This document shows, in pieces, positions 1 to 8,574 of a stretch of 64,000 nt of DNA. Source of the DNA: Vulcanimicrobiota bacterium (lineage in GTDB: Bacteria; Vulcanimicrobiota; Vulcanimicrobiia; Vulcanimicrobiales; Vulcanimicrobiaceae); contig CAWCIZ010000002.1 in assembly GCA_963795855.1 (NCBI GenBank), positions 576,001 to 640,000 on the forward strand. Direction: 5' to 3'. The position numbers were made by a program, and so were the translations under genes. The notes beneath the pieces are model-generated. The model was not told the origin of the DNA. It was given only the letters and a program-made list of their open reading frames with translations, and searched no databases. Every line of letters begins with the position of its first letter. Positions within the stretch are counted from its first letter, which is position 1.

Positions 1-1189
1 GCGAGCCTCGTCATGCTCATGACGCCGGGGCTCGCGTTTTTTTACGGGGGCCTGGTCGGCCGTAAAAACGTGCTGACGATCATGATTCAGAGACTTCATG
101 TCGCTCGGATGGACGACGGTCGTCTGGGTCGCAGTCGGCTATTCGATGTGCTTCGGCAACGACTGGCACGGCGTCATCGGCAATCCGGCGCAATACTTCT
201 TCCTGCGCGGCGTAACGCTGCACACGATGTTCATGGGCAACGACGCCGGCATTCCGCTGGTCGTGCACATCGCCTATCAGATGATGTTCGCCATCATCAC
301 GCCGGCGCTCATCACCGGTGCGTTCGCAAACCGCGTCACGTTCAAAGCATACTTTCTCTTTCTTACCGGCTGGCTGCTGTTCGTCTATTTCCCGTTCGTC
401 CACATGATCTGGAGCCCGGACGGCGCGCTCGCGAAATGGGGCGTACTCGATTTCGCGGGCGGCATTGTGGTGCATGCGTCCGCGGGGTTCGCGGCACTTG
501 CTTCGGTGCTGTTCATCGGGCGGCGCTACGTGATCGAAAACAAGCCGCATAACGTTCCGCTGATCGCGCTCGGCACCGGTTTGCTGTGGTTCGGCTGGTA
601 CGGATTCAACGCCGGCTCGGAGCTGCGCGTCGACGCCGTTACTGCGTCGGCATTTTTGAACACCGACGTTGCGGCATCGTTTGCGGCCGTTGCGTGGCTT
701 CTGATCGAATGGGCGCGCGGCAGACAACCGAAATTCGTCGGCTTGCTGACCGGCGCCGTTGCGGGGCTTGCAACGATTACTCCGGCGGCGGGGTACGTTT
801 CACCGGTTGCCGCGATTTTGTTCGGTCTGCTGGCCGGCGCGGTGTGCTACTATGCGGTCGCGCTGAAAAACCGGCTTGGCTGGGACGACGCGCTGGACGT
901 CTGGGGCGTGCACGGCGTCGGCGGCGTGCTGGGCATCACGCTGCTCGGCATCTTTGCTACGAAACTGTGGAACCCGGCCGGCGCGAACGGTTTGCTGTTC
1001 GGCGGCGCGTCGTTCTTCGGCAAGCAAGTCGCCGCTGCAGTATTTTGCAGTGCGTGGGCCTTCGCGTTTACGTACGGAATGCTCTGGCTCATCAGCCGCG
1101 TCACGCTGACCAAAGTACCGCGCGATGCCGAAGAGCGCGGATTGGACATCGAACTGCACGGCGAGGAAGCCTACCCGCTCGGCATCTGA
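1..1189 (+). CDS. amtB: Ammonium transporter (Amt family), 5'-truncated by window edge, single-base frameshift near 90
   Basis: LMTPGLAFFYGGLV in frame 13.. joins MSLGWTT...YQMMFAIITPALITGA, DFAGGIVVH, WFGWYGFNAGS, DDALDVWGVHG in ORF 98..1189; one extra A in ATTCAGAGACTTC. Confidence 0.95.
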
Positions 1190-1202
1190 CTCGCGGGAAG
1201 AC

Positions 1203-2232
1203 ATGCTCGCGCTGCTCGGCATCTTGCTGCTCGCGCAGGCGGTACCGTCGCCGTCCGCCTCGCCAAACCCGCAGCCTACCCAGACTCCGGCGCCGGCGAT
1301 CGCCGTCGCCCCGGAGTTTGCGCTGTACGATTTTCAAACGGCCGACGTGTCGGACGCATTGCTGAATTTCAGCATCAATCTCGGCAAGCTGCACGCCAAC
1401 GCGACCGCAGGCGATTATGCTTTTCCGGTCGTCGGGTTTCCGCTGGTTCCGGACAATGCTCCGGGTGCGAACGTTGCTTTGTACAGTCCGCTGCCGCTTG
1501 CCACGCTGACGTATCAATTCAATCCGCACGGCGGCATCACTGCCGGAAAATTTGCCTCACTGCTCGGTCAAGAGTCACCGTTCACCTACCAAAACCTGAA
1601 CGTGCAGCGTGGAATCGCATGGAACATGGAGCCGGCTATCAGCCGCGGCGTGCAATTCGGCTGACTCCAACGGCCCGTGGAGCGCGAATCTGCGCGAGGA
1701 CGACGCGTATTACTCCGGCAGTAATCGCGCCTTTGAGGGTCTTGTGGGCTGGTCACCGTCCACGAATACGAGCGTCCAGTTTGCGGCAATGATTCCGGGC
1801 GCAAACGTTCCGCCCAACGTAACGACGAGCGTGGGCAACAAACAAGAGTACGATTTGATGTATACGCGCACCATCGGCAAACTCGAGGTGCTGCCGTACG
1901 TTTTGTGGGTGCATTCTCCGGCGTCGCACGTGCTCGGTTATACGAACGGCGAAAACGCTAACGCGGAGGTACTGCTCGGAACGTGGACGTTCTCGCCCCA
2001 ATGGAGCGTTGCGTTTCGCTACGAGGAGGCGCGCAACGCGAGCTCCGCGTCGGACCCGAGCCCGAACGCGGATCTCGTCGGCTTTGGTGCGGGCGCCAGC
2101 GCCATATCGCAAACGCTTACTTCTGCGTATCATTTCGGAAACGGCGGCGTGGTGCGTCTCGAGTACTCGCACGTTTCGGCTACTAATCTAATTCAAAATC
2201 GCTTCGGGTTCGAATTCGGCGTCATGCATTGA
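1203..2232 (+). CDS. Putative outer-membrane beta-barrel/porin with signal peptide; frameshift near 1662
   Basis: Signal peptide MLALLGILLLAQA plus Pro-rich linker; ITAGKFASLLGQES..YQNLN segment; alternating beta-strand C-terminus (RFGFEFGVMH); ORFs 1125..1664 and 1609..2232 join by removing one base. Confidence 0.7.
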
Positions 2233-2249
2233 CCGAGGTGTGCGGCGGC

Positions 2250-2690
2250 TTAGAGCATCGTGATGCCGTGACGCCGTGCAATCTCCGTCATGATTTGCGG
2301 ATTCAACTCTTTTTGAGAGCCGAGTTCGGCGAAGAATTCTTCGATGCCGCCGGGCGTAAACCCGAACAGCACGCGCCCGGGGGCCGTTCCGATATTTTTA
2401 TAGCGATGCGGCATTCCGCGCGGCGCGAAGACGAACGTTCCGGGACCGCCCGCAACGCGATCCGATCCGCAAACGAATTCGAATTCGCCCTCGAGCACGT
2501 AGTAGGTTTCGTTCTCCTTTTCGTGGACGTGCAGCGGGGGTCCGGAATCGGGCGGGATGACGTCTTCGATGACCGTCGCTTCGCCGTTTGACTGCGCCGC
2601 GGCCAACTTCACGCGGATCTCCTGTCCGCCGTAACGGATGCACGGGCCCTGTCCCGCGGGGACATGATGAATAGCCTGCTGCTTCAGCAT
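2250..2690 (-). CDS. Cupin domain protein
   Basis: GPPLHVHEKENETYYVLEGEF and APRGMPHRY cupin motifs; RBS AGGAGG before ATG 2690. Confidence 0.9.
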   Translation of the reverse strand: MLKQQAIHHVPAGQGPCIRYGGQEIRVKLAAAQSNGEATVIEDVIPPDSGPPLHVHEKENETYYVLEGEFEFVCGSDRVAGGPGTFVFAPRGMPHRYKNIGTAPGRVLFGFTPGGIEEFFAELGSQKELNPQIMTEIARRHGITML

Positions 2691-2706
2691 GATGTTCCTC
2701 CTTCGT

Positions 2707-2731
2707 GGTACTTGAGTACCGTAACGGTACT
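2707..2731. promoter_or_regulatory. Overlapping inverted repeats, probable TetR operator
   Basis: AGTACCGT-A-ACGGTACT (2715-2731) and GGTACT-TG-AGTACC (2707-2720) between divergent cupin and TetR genes. Confidence 0.7.
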
Positions 2732-2750
2732 GTGATACTATAAGTCGGTC

Positions 2751-3404
2751 GTGATATTCCGTCAAGCCGGGCCGCGCAGGGCGACTGCGAACGTCGGCCG
2801 AGTCGCACAAAAGGAGCGCACGCGTCTGCAATTGTTGCAGGCGGCGCGCAATTTGCGCTCGGACGGCCACGTCCCGAGCGTGGCCGACGTCGCGGACGCA
2901 GCCGGCATTTCTCGTACGACGGCCTACCGGTATTTTCCGACTCAGGAAACGCTGCTCGCCGAAGCCACTGCGGAGCCGCTTATCGATGCCGTCCGAAATG
3001 CGATTGCACGCGCGGCAGATCAGTGCGACGTCGTCAAGCGGGTAGACGCGGTTTTCGCAGAACTCGTGCCGCTCTTACTTCAGCATGAGCCCGAGTTGCG
3101 CACGTTGCTGAAGCTCTCGCTCGAGAGCTCGTTGGAACAGGCGCACAAACGGCGGGCTCCGCTCTTGAGCGGCAGCTGGATTCTCGCCTGGGACGGCATT
3201 TTGGAGCCGTTGCGGCGCGAGGTGCGGCCAAAAACTTACGCGTTGATGGCGCGCACGCTGGGAACCCTACTCAGCATAGAAAGCCTCAACGTTTTACGCG
3301 ATGCGTGCGACCTTGACGAACGAGCCACGATCGAAGCCGTTCGATCTGCGGCCCGAGCGCTGGTCCGCGGATTCCTACTCGAACTACGAAAGAGAAAGAA
3401 GTAA
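2751..3404 (+). CDS. TetR/AcrR family transcriptional regulator
   Basis: N-terminal HTH: PSVADVADAAGISRTTAYRYFPTQETL. Confidence 0.9.
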   Translation: MIFRQAGPRRATANVGRVAQKERTRLQLLQAARNLRSDGHVPSVADVADAAGISRTTAYRYFPTQETLLAEATAEPLIDAVRNAIARAADQCDVVKRVDAVFAELVPLLLQHEPELRTLLKLSLESSLEQAHKRRAPLLSGSWILAWDGILEPLRREVRPKTYALMARTLGTLLSIESLNVLRDACDLDERATIEAVRSAARALVRGFLLELRKRKK

Positions 3405-3592
3405 TGAAATACGTATTGTGCCCGCCTTGCGGTACCGTTTTTGAAGGAGAGACCGAACAGGACCTCATCCGCACGACGCAGCAGCACTCCAAGGAGAAGC
3501 ACGACTACCTCCCGCCCGCGGATGAAGTGCGCAAATTCATACGTGCGACGCCGCCGCCCGCGGACGACACAGTCCATCGCTCCCAACATTGA
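3404..3592 (+). CDS. Small DUF1059-like putative metal-binding protein
   Basis: CPPC...GETEQDL...HSKEKH pattern; TAATG coupling to TetR stop. Confidence 0.6.
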   Translation: MKYVLCPPCGTVFEGETEQDLIRTTQQHSKEKHDYLPPADEVRKFIRATPPPADDTVHRSQH

Positions 3593-4094
3593 AAACGCGG
3601 TTCGCGCGGGCCCGCATGTTTTCAAACCCGGCGACGCTTGCAAGCTCGATGAGCTGCTCCTCCGAAAAGTGGCGGCGCAGTTCGGCGTAAAGATCGTCGC
3701 CGACGTTCGCGGGCGTCTCCGCGAGTGCGTCCGCCATGCGCAGGAGCGCCGTTTCTGCAGGCGCGAATCCCTCGAGCTCGCCGGATGTAATCGACGCCAG
3801 CTCGGCATCGGTTAGGCCGTACATTCTGCCACCTGCAGAATTTGAGTCGATTCAAAACGGGCAGCCGACGCGCGCCGCCGTTCGCAAGGCGACAATCAAG
3901 GGCTGCCGTTTCGGCAAGGCGGACCTCTCGAAGAGCAGCCACTGCGCCAGACCATGCAACCAAAAGACGCGGGGTACGCGGGCCGCGATTAACTGCGGGG
4001 TAAGGTCGCGGCCCATCATTTTACGCACTTTGTTGAAGACAAACCGCATCGAGAACGGGGCGCGTTTCGGGTCGATGCCGCTGATTCGTGCCAT
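3537..4094 (-). CDS. AhpD/carboxymuconolactone decarboxylase family protein with in-frame UGA (3852-3854), probable selenocysteine in a CPFU motif
   Basis: ORFs 3852..4094 and 3537..3824 are in one frame: ...RTAARVGCPF-UGA-IDSNSAGGRMYGLTDAEL...ELRRHFSEEQLIELASVAGFENMRARANRV; RBS AAGGAG. Confidence 0.85.
3823..3841 (-). promoter_or_regulatory. Putative bacterial SECIS hairpin
   Basis: AUUCUGC-AGGUG-GCAGAAU, 7-bp perfect stem starting 10 nt after the UGA. Confidence 0.75.
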
Positions 4095-4114
4095 TTTTAC
4101 TCCTTTACCGAATG

Positions 4115-4141
4115 GACGATTCGCGAGTGGGAAAAGTGACT
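4115..4141 (-). promoter_or_regulatory. ECF41-type promoter
   Basis: AGTCACT-N16-CGTC versus consensus TGTCACA-N16-CGTC, directly upstream of the CMD/AhpD gene. Confidence 0.6.
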
Positions 4142-4151
4142 CTGCTTGGCG

Positions 4152-4829
4152 TTAATCGGGAAACGTCACATTAGTCAGATGCAGTATACTCGTGAACTGC
4201 ATATCCTTCGCATCGTGCGGCGGCGGAAGCCAGGTTGCACCGATTGAGTCGATCCACCATGTAGCATTTGGCGGAAACGGACGGAATGAATAGTCGATGC
4301 TCGCAAACCACCCGTCCTGATGCATCGCGTACGTGAGTTTGCGTACGTCATAGGTCGTTTCGTCGGTCCACACAGCGCGCAACGGGTAATAGTCGGGATT
4401 GCCAATCGGCTGCAGCAGCAGATGGTAGCAACGGTGCCCCTCGACCACCTGTTCGCCGGCCAACGCGACGGTATAGTGCAAGGCATGCACGGAAGCGATC
4501 GTGGCGAGCGGACCGACGAAGGGATCGAGTTGCGTGCTCGCCGGATACCTGGCGGAGATGTTGAAACCCAACGGCGAACCTGCAGGCCCGACGCATGACG
4601 GTCCGTCGCTGGTCGTCACGTCGGGCGAATCCGAATCGATTTCGCGCGTCCGGCACCAGTGATCGAACGTGCGCAGCAGAACGTGCTCGTTACCCGTGAC
4701 CTCTTTTCCGGAGACGTAACGATGCCGTATTGCTATGTCGAACTCGACGTAGCGCGGCAAACGGCGAGCTTCCCATGCATTCTGCGCACGCTGGAAGATG
4801 ACGACGGCGGCAGGTGGAGTCAACAACAT
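4152..4829 (-). CDS. Hypothetical exported protein (possibly LolA/sorting-protein-like fold)
   Basis: 225-aa ORF; YTVALAGEQVVEGHRCYHLLLQP...LRAVWTDETTY pattern. Confidence 0.55.
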   Translation of the reverse strand: MLLTPPAAVVIFQRAQNAWEARRLPRYVEFDIAIRHRYVSGKEVTGNEHVLLRTFDHWCRTREIDSDSPDVTTSDGPSCVGPAGSPLGFNISARYPASTQLDPFVGPLATIASVHALHYTVALAGEQVVEGHRCYHLLLQPIGNPDYYPLRAVWTDETTYDVRKLTYAMHQDGWFASIDYSFRPFPPNATWWIDSIGATWLPPPHDAKDMQFTSILHLTNVTFPD

Positions 4830-4939
4830 CTCGGTCTCTGTCCAACGGCACTACAGCCAAATCGCGAATTCTGCCAAAACCCAACGGGTTGGCTTTTTCC
4901 CAAAATTGCGGATCAAGGTGTGCCGCCACCAGCGCCAGG

Positions 4940-6163
4940 TTATTCCAGTTCGGCGATTCGGCCGGCGATGTAGCGGCGTTCTGCCTCTTGCTCCGTCAAC
5001 TCAAGTGCGCGGGCATACGCAGATCTCGCTTCCCCGATTCGCCCCAAACGCCGGTACATGTCGGCACGCGCCGAATGTGCAAACCGATAGTCGCTGAGCG
5101 CTCCGCGATCGATAATTTCCTCCATCAGTGCAAGGCCGGCAGCCGGACCATCCCGCATCGCAATCGCCGCCGCGCGGTTGAGCTGGATAATCGGCGACGG
5201 GTCGAGTTCGAGCAGAACGTCATACAGCCGAACGATTTTGGTCCAGTCCGTATCTTGCGGGCGCGGCGCTGCGGCGTGGACTTGCGCGATCGATGCCTCG
5301 CACGCGTAGCGTGACATGCGACCATCTTCGAGCGCACGCTTTAAGAACGCTTGTGCTTGTGAAATCGCCGCCCGGTCCCATTTCGAACGATCTTGATCGT
5401 CTAGGAGAATCAACTCGCCCTCTGGTCCCATACGCGCGTTTCGCCGCGAGTGCTGGAACAGCATTAGCGCGAGCAGGGCATAAATTTCCGCGCTCGGCAA
5501 AAGTTCTGCGATAAGCCTCGCAAGGCGAACCGCCTCGCCGCAGAGATCGACGCGGAGGAGCGATGGACCGAACGACGCTTCGTAGCCTTCGTTGAAAAGC
5601 AGATAGATCACGTGCAGTACGCCTTGCAGACGCTGCGTCAGATCTTCGTCCGCAGGCACTTCATAGGCGATACCGGCGTCTCGAATTTTTGACTTTGCGC
5701 GAACGATGCGCTGTGCGATCGCCGAGGGTCTCGCGACAAACGCTTGCGCGATCTCTTCCGTCGTCAATCCGCATGCCTCCCGCAGTGTGAGCGCAACTTG
5801 CGCGTCCAGCGAGAGCGCGGGATGACAGCACAGAAAGATCAGGCGCAAATCGTCGTCCGCTATGTAATCGAAATCTGCGCTCAACTCTTCGCTCACCTTC
5901 GACTCGTGCGCGAACCGCTTCAGGGAGGCATCGTAACGGGCACGCCGGCGAACCGCATCGATTGCTTGAAAGCGCCCCGCCGAGATCAGCCACGATCGCG
6001 GATTGCGCGGCATGCCCTCACGCGGCCATTGTTCGGCAGCGGCGAGAAACGCTTCGTGCAACGCGTCTTCCGCGAGATCGAAGTCGCCGAGCAGCCGAAT
6101 CAGCGTCGCCAGGACATGCCGGGATTCCGCGGCATAGACTGACTCGAGGTCGAGTGCCGTCAT
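4940..6163 (-). CDS. ECF42-type RNA polymerase sigma factor with C-terminal TPR extension
   Basis: VLATLIRLLGDFDLAEDA, DDDLRLIFLCCHPAL, AQRIVRAK, IYLLFNEGY, LLDDQDRSKWD, TDWTKIVRLYDVL; coupled to YciI/DGPF gene. Confidence 0.92.
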   Translation of the reverse strand: MTALDLESVYAAESRHVLATLIRLLGDFDLAEDALHEAFLAAAEQWPREGMPRNPRSWLISAGRFQAIDAVRRRARYDASLKRFAHESKVSEELSADFDYIADDDLRLIFLCCHPALSLDAQVALTLREACGLTTEEIAQAFVARPSAIAQRIVRAKSKIRDAGIAYEVPADEDLTQRLQGVLHVIYLLFNEGYEASFGPSLLRVDLCGEAVRLARLIAELLPSAEIYALLALMLFQHSRRNARMGPEGELILLDDQDRSKWDRAAISQAQAFLKRALEDGRMSRYACEASIAQVHAAAPRPQDTDWTKIVRLYDVLLELDPSPIIQLNRAAAIAMRDGPAAGLALMEEIIDRGALSDYRFAHSARADMYRRLGRIGEARSAYARALELTEQEAERRYIAGRIAELE

Positions 6164-6511
6164 GACGGCTTGGGAATGTCGTGTACCGGACGGATTTCTA
6201 TCGCATCGTAAGACGCCGCGGGGTGGGCGCCGGCGATGCGGATGGCTTCATTCAGATCGCGCGCTTCGATGATGAAAAAGCCGCCGAGGTGTTCTTTAAT
6301 CTCGGCGAACGGGCCGTCGGTCATCGAGAGCTTGCCGTTCCGGCGGCGAACGGTCGTGGCCGTGTCGGCATCTTCGAGCGCCTCGAGGGCAACGAGATGG
6401 CCCTTACGTTTGAGCTCTTCGTGGTAGGCAATGCTGTCGTCGCGCAGACTGCGCTTGCTCGCCCTCGGGCAGCGGCTCGTCGTCACCGTAAATAAAGCAT
6501 GCATATTTCAT
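6160..6511 (-). CDS. YciI/DGPF family protein; frameshift near 6450
   Basis: ATTVRRRNGKLSMTDGPFAEIKEHLGGFFIIEARDLNEAI...IEIRPV; likely start MKYACFIY at 6511 with RBS GAGGAG. Confidence 0.88.
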
Positions 6512-6534
6512 GTCGTACGTTCTCCTCGCCCTAT

Positions 6535-6562
6535 TGTCGATTTTCGCCTGCCCGAATCGACC
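6535..6562. promoter_or_regulatory. Overlapping divergent ECF42-type promoters
   Basis: + strand TGTCGA-N17-CGAC; - strand GGTCGA-N17-CGAC on the same 28 bp. Confidence 0.55.
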
Positions 6563-6665
6563 AGAGGCATGTGTTTGGAATGCATCCCCGGAGTAGCACC
6601 GCTGGTCGTGGACGCCGTCGTGGCGCTCCGCCCCATGCTGCTACTGTATATGAAAGGAACCCACC

Positions 6666-7454
6666 ATGATGACGCACCCGAAGATCGCGACGCGCGAGGA
6701 ATGGCTCGCCGCTCGGCTGGAGTTGCTGAAGTCGGAAAAAGAATTGACCCACCGCAGCGACGAGCTGACGCGCCGGCGCATGGAACTGCCCTGGGTTCGG
6801 ATCGACAAGGAATATCGGTTCGAGACGGACGAGGGCACGGCGTCGCTTGCCGACCTCTTTAAAGGACGCTCGCAGCTGCTGATCTACCACTTCATGTTCG
6901 GACCGGATTACGAGGCGGGATGTCCGTCGTGCTCGTCCATTGCCGACGGCTTCAACGGCATCGTCGTGCATCTGCAGAATCACGACGTCGCGTTCAGCGC
7001 GGTGTCGCGCGCTCCGCTCGCCAAATTGCAAGCGTACAAGAAACGCATGGGCTGGAGTTTCCCATGGGCATCCTCGTCGGAGAGCGACTTCAACTTTCAA
7101 TTCAACGTCTCGTACACGGAGGAGCAAGAGCGCGAAGGCGACGTCGAGTACAACTTCCGGCGGATGGAAGCGGATCCGACGCCAATCGAAAGTTCGGAAG
7201 AGGAACATCGCTGGTCGAAGCGCTTCGCCGCGATGGCTGGAACCGATCGCGCAACGTACGGTCGTGAAGCACCCGGCGTAAGTGCGTTCGTACGCGAGGA
7301 CGGTGTCGTGTACCACACGTACTCGACGTATGCGCGCGGTCTGGACGGGTTATGGAATATGTATCAGTGGCTCGACCGCGCACCGCGAGGACGCAACGAA
7401 AGCTTCGATGCCGAACCATGGCTGCGCCAGCACGACAGATACGGAACGCCGTAG
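6666..7454 (+). CDS. DUF899 thioredoxin-like protein
   Basis: ATREEWLAARLELL, LADLFKGRSQLLIYHFMFGP, GCPSCS, YHTYSTYARG, LDRAPRGRNE. Confidence 0.92.
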   Translation: MMTHPKIATREEWLAARLELLKSEKELTHRSDELTRRRMELPWVRIDKEYRFETDEGTASLADLFKGRSQLLIYHFMFGPDYEAGCPSCSSIADGFNGIVVHLQNHDVAFSAVSRAPLAKLQAYKKRMGWSFPWASSSESDFNFQFNVSYTEEQEREGDVEYNFRRMEADPTPIESSEEEHRWSKRFAAMAGTDRATYGREAPGVSAFVREDGVVYHTYSTYARGLDGLWNMYQWLDRAPRGRNESFDAEPWLRQHDRYGTP

Positions 7455-7522
7455 CGCCAGCGCTAATTCCGCAGCCTATCGCTGTCGATTTACCGCGGCA
7501 CCGGATCTGCACGTTACCGAGT

Positions 7523-8371
7523 CTACGGGTTGGAGTGGCTCTTCACCAGAGCTAATGCTGCAGTGATCGCGTCGACTACACAGCCGGGTTGATCGACTTG
7601 GATGTAATGCCTGGATTCCGGAACGAGGACGTGCATCGCGTGTGGGATTGTCGCTAAGAACTTTTCATGAAGCTGCAGTTTTAGGTCCTGTTCGAGGGGA
7701 TTTCCCGGAAAGGCAGGGTTCTTTTTCGTACCGGTAAGTAGGATAGTCGGAACTACGGGTAATGGAAAGGCCATCGACGCTTCGACGCCGCTCGACTGCA
7801 ATGCTTCGTTTTCTCGACGTACTGCCGGAGGCATTGCGCCCTCGCTGGCTTTTATCGAAGCAAGGCGCGCTGCATAATCAGCCTTTGACATGTGCTCTTT
7901 CACTGCTGCCTCGAGGCCTTCCGGAACGGGATCGACGAAAACAAGAGCGGCGGTTTCACGGGGATACGTGTGCGCGAACACGCGAATTACCAGACCACCT
8001 AAAGAATGTCCGACAAGCACGTAGGGTGGCGGCACATCAAGCATCCGTAAGAGCTCGTGCAGATCAGCCGCCATCGTCGCCGCGTCCCGTTTGCGAGATG
8101 TGGCCGCGGATTCTCCAAGCCCGGGACGGTCATAGGAAACCGTTGTAGCGAATTTCGCAATCGCCGGGACCACTTTCGACCAAGTTGTTCCATCTTCACC
8201 CAAGCCGGACTCAAAAACCACCGCTGCATCACCCGCATGTCGCGATACGACCGCGTGTACTGAAGTACCGTTCAAGTTAACATAGGTGTCGCCACTGACG
8301 GAAACGGGCGGCGGCGACACGGCGAGCGCGAATAGCGCAACGCAAGCACCAGCGACGCGAAATGCGATCAC
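7523..8371 (-). CDS. Secreted alpha/beta hydrolase
   Basis: Signal peptide; VVFESGLG, SYDRPGLGES, LVGHSLGG nucleophile elbow, SRHYIQ. Confidence 0.9.
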   Translation of the reverse strand: MIAFRVAGACVALFALAVSPPPVSVSGDTYVNLNGTSVHAVVSRHAGDAAVVFESGLGEDGTTWSKVVPAIAKFATTVSYDRPGLGESAATSRKRDAATMAADLHELLRMLDVPPPYVLVGHSLGGLVIRVFAHTYPRETAALVFVDPVPEGLEAAVKEHMSKADYAARLASIKASEGAMPPAVRRENEALQSSGVEASMAFPLPVVPTILLTGTKKNPAFPGNPLEQDLKLQLHEKFLATIPHAMHVLVPESRHYIQVDQPGCVVDAITAALALVKSHSNP

Positions 8372-8410
8372 ACACTACCGTCCTCAGCACGAAGGAAGTT
8401 AACTCTTAAT

Positions 8411-8439
8411 ATATTAGTTGATGTTCGCCGCGTTGTCAA
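8411..8439 (-). promoter_or_regulatory. Sigma70-type promoter of hydrolase gene
   Basis: TTGACA-N17-TAATAT. Confidence 0.6.
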
Positions 8440-8574
8440 TTGTGGCACGAGAACGAACGGGTGATTCGCAAGATTGCGCAATGCGTGTCGCAGAAAAACT
8501 CGCGCCAATGTGGTGAGTGCGGCGTTGTCCGGCACGACGCGGGAAACGCACATCCGCACCGCGTAGCTCGCCGA

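Noticed and set aside
1662..1664. TGA inside the porin gene
   Set aside because: The continuation is in a different frame; explained by one inserted base, not recoding
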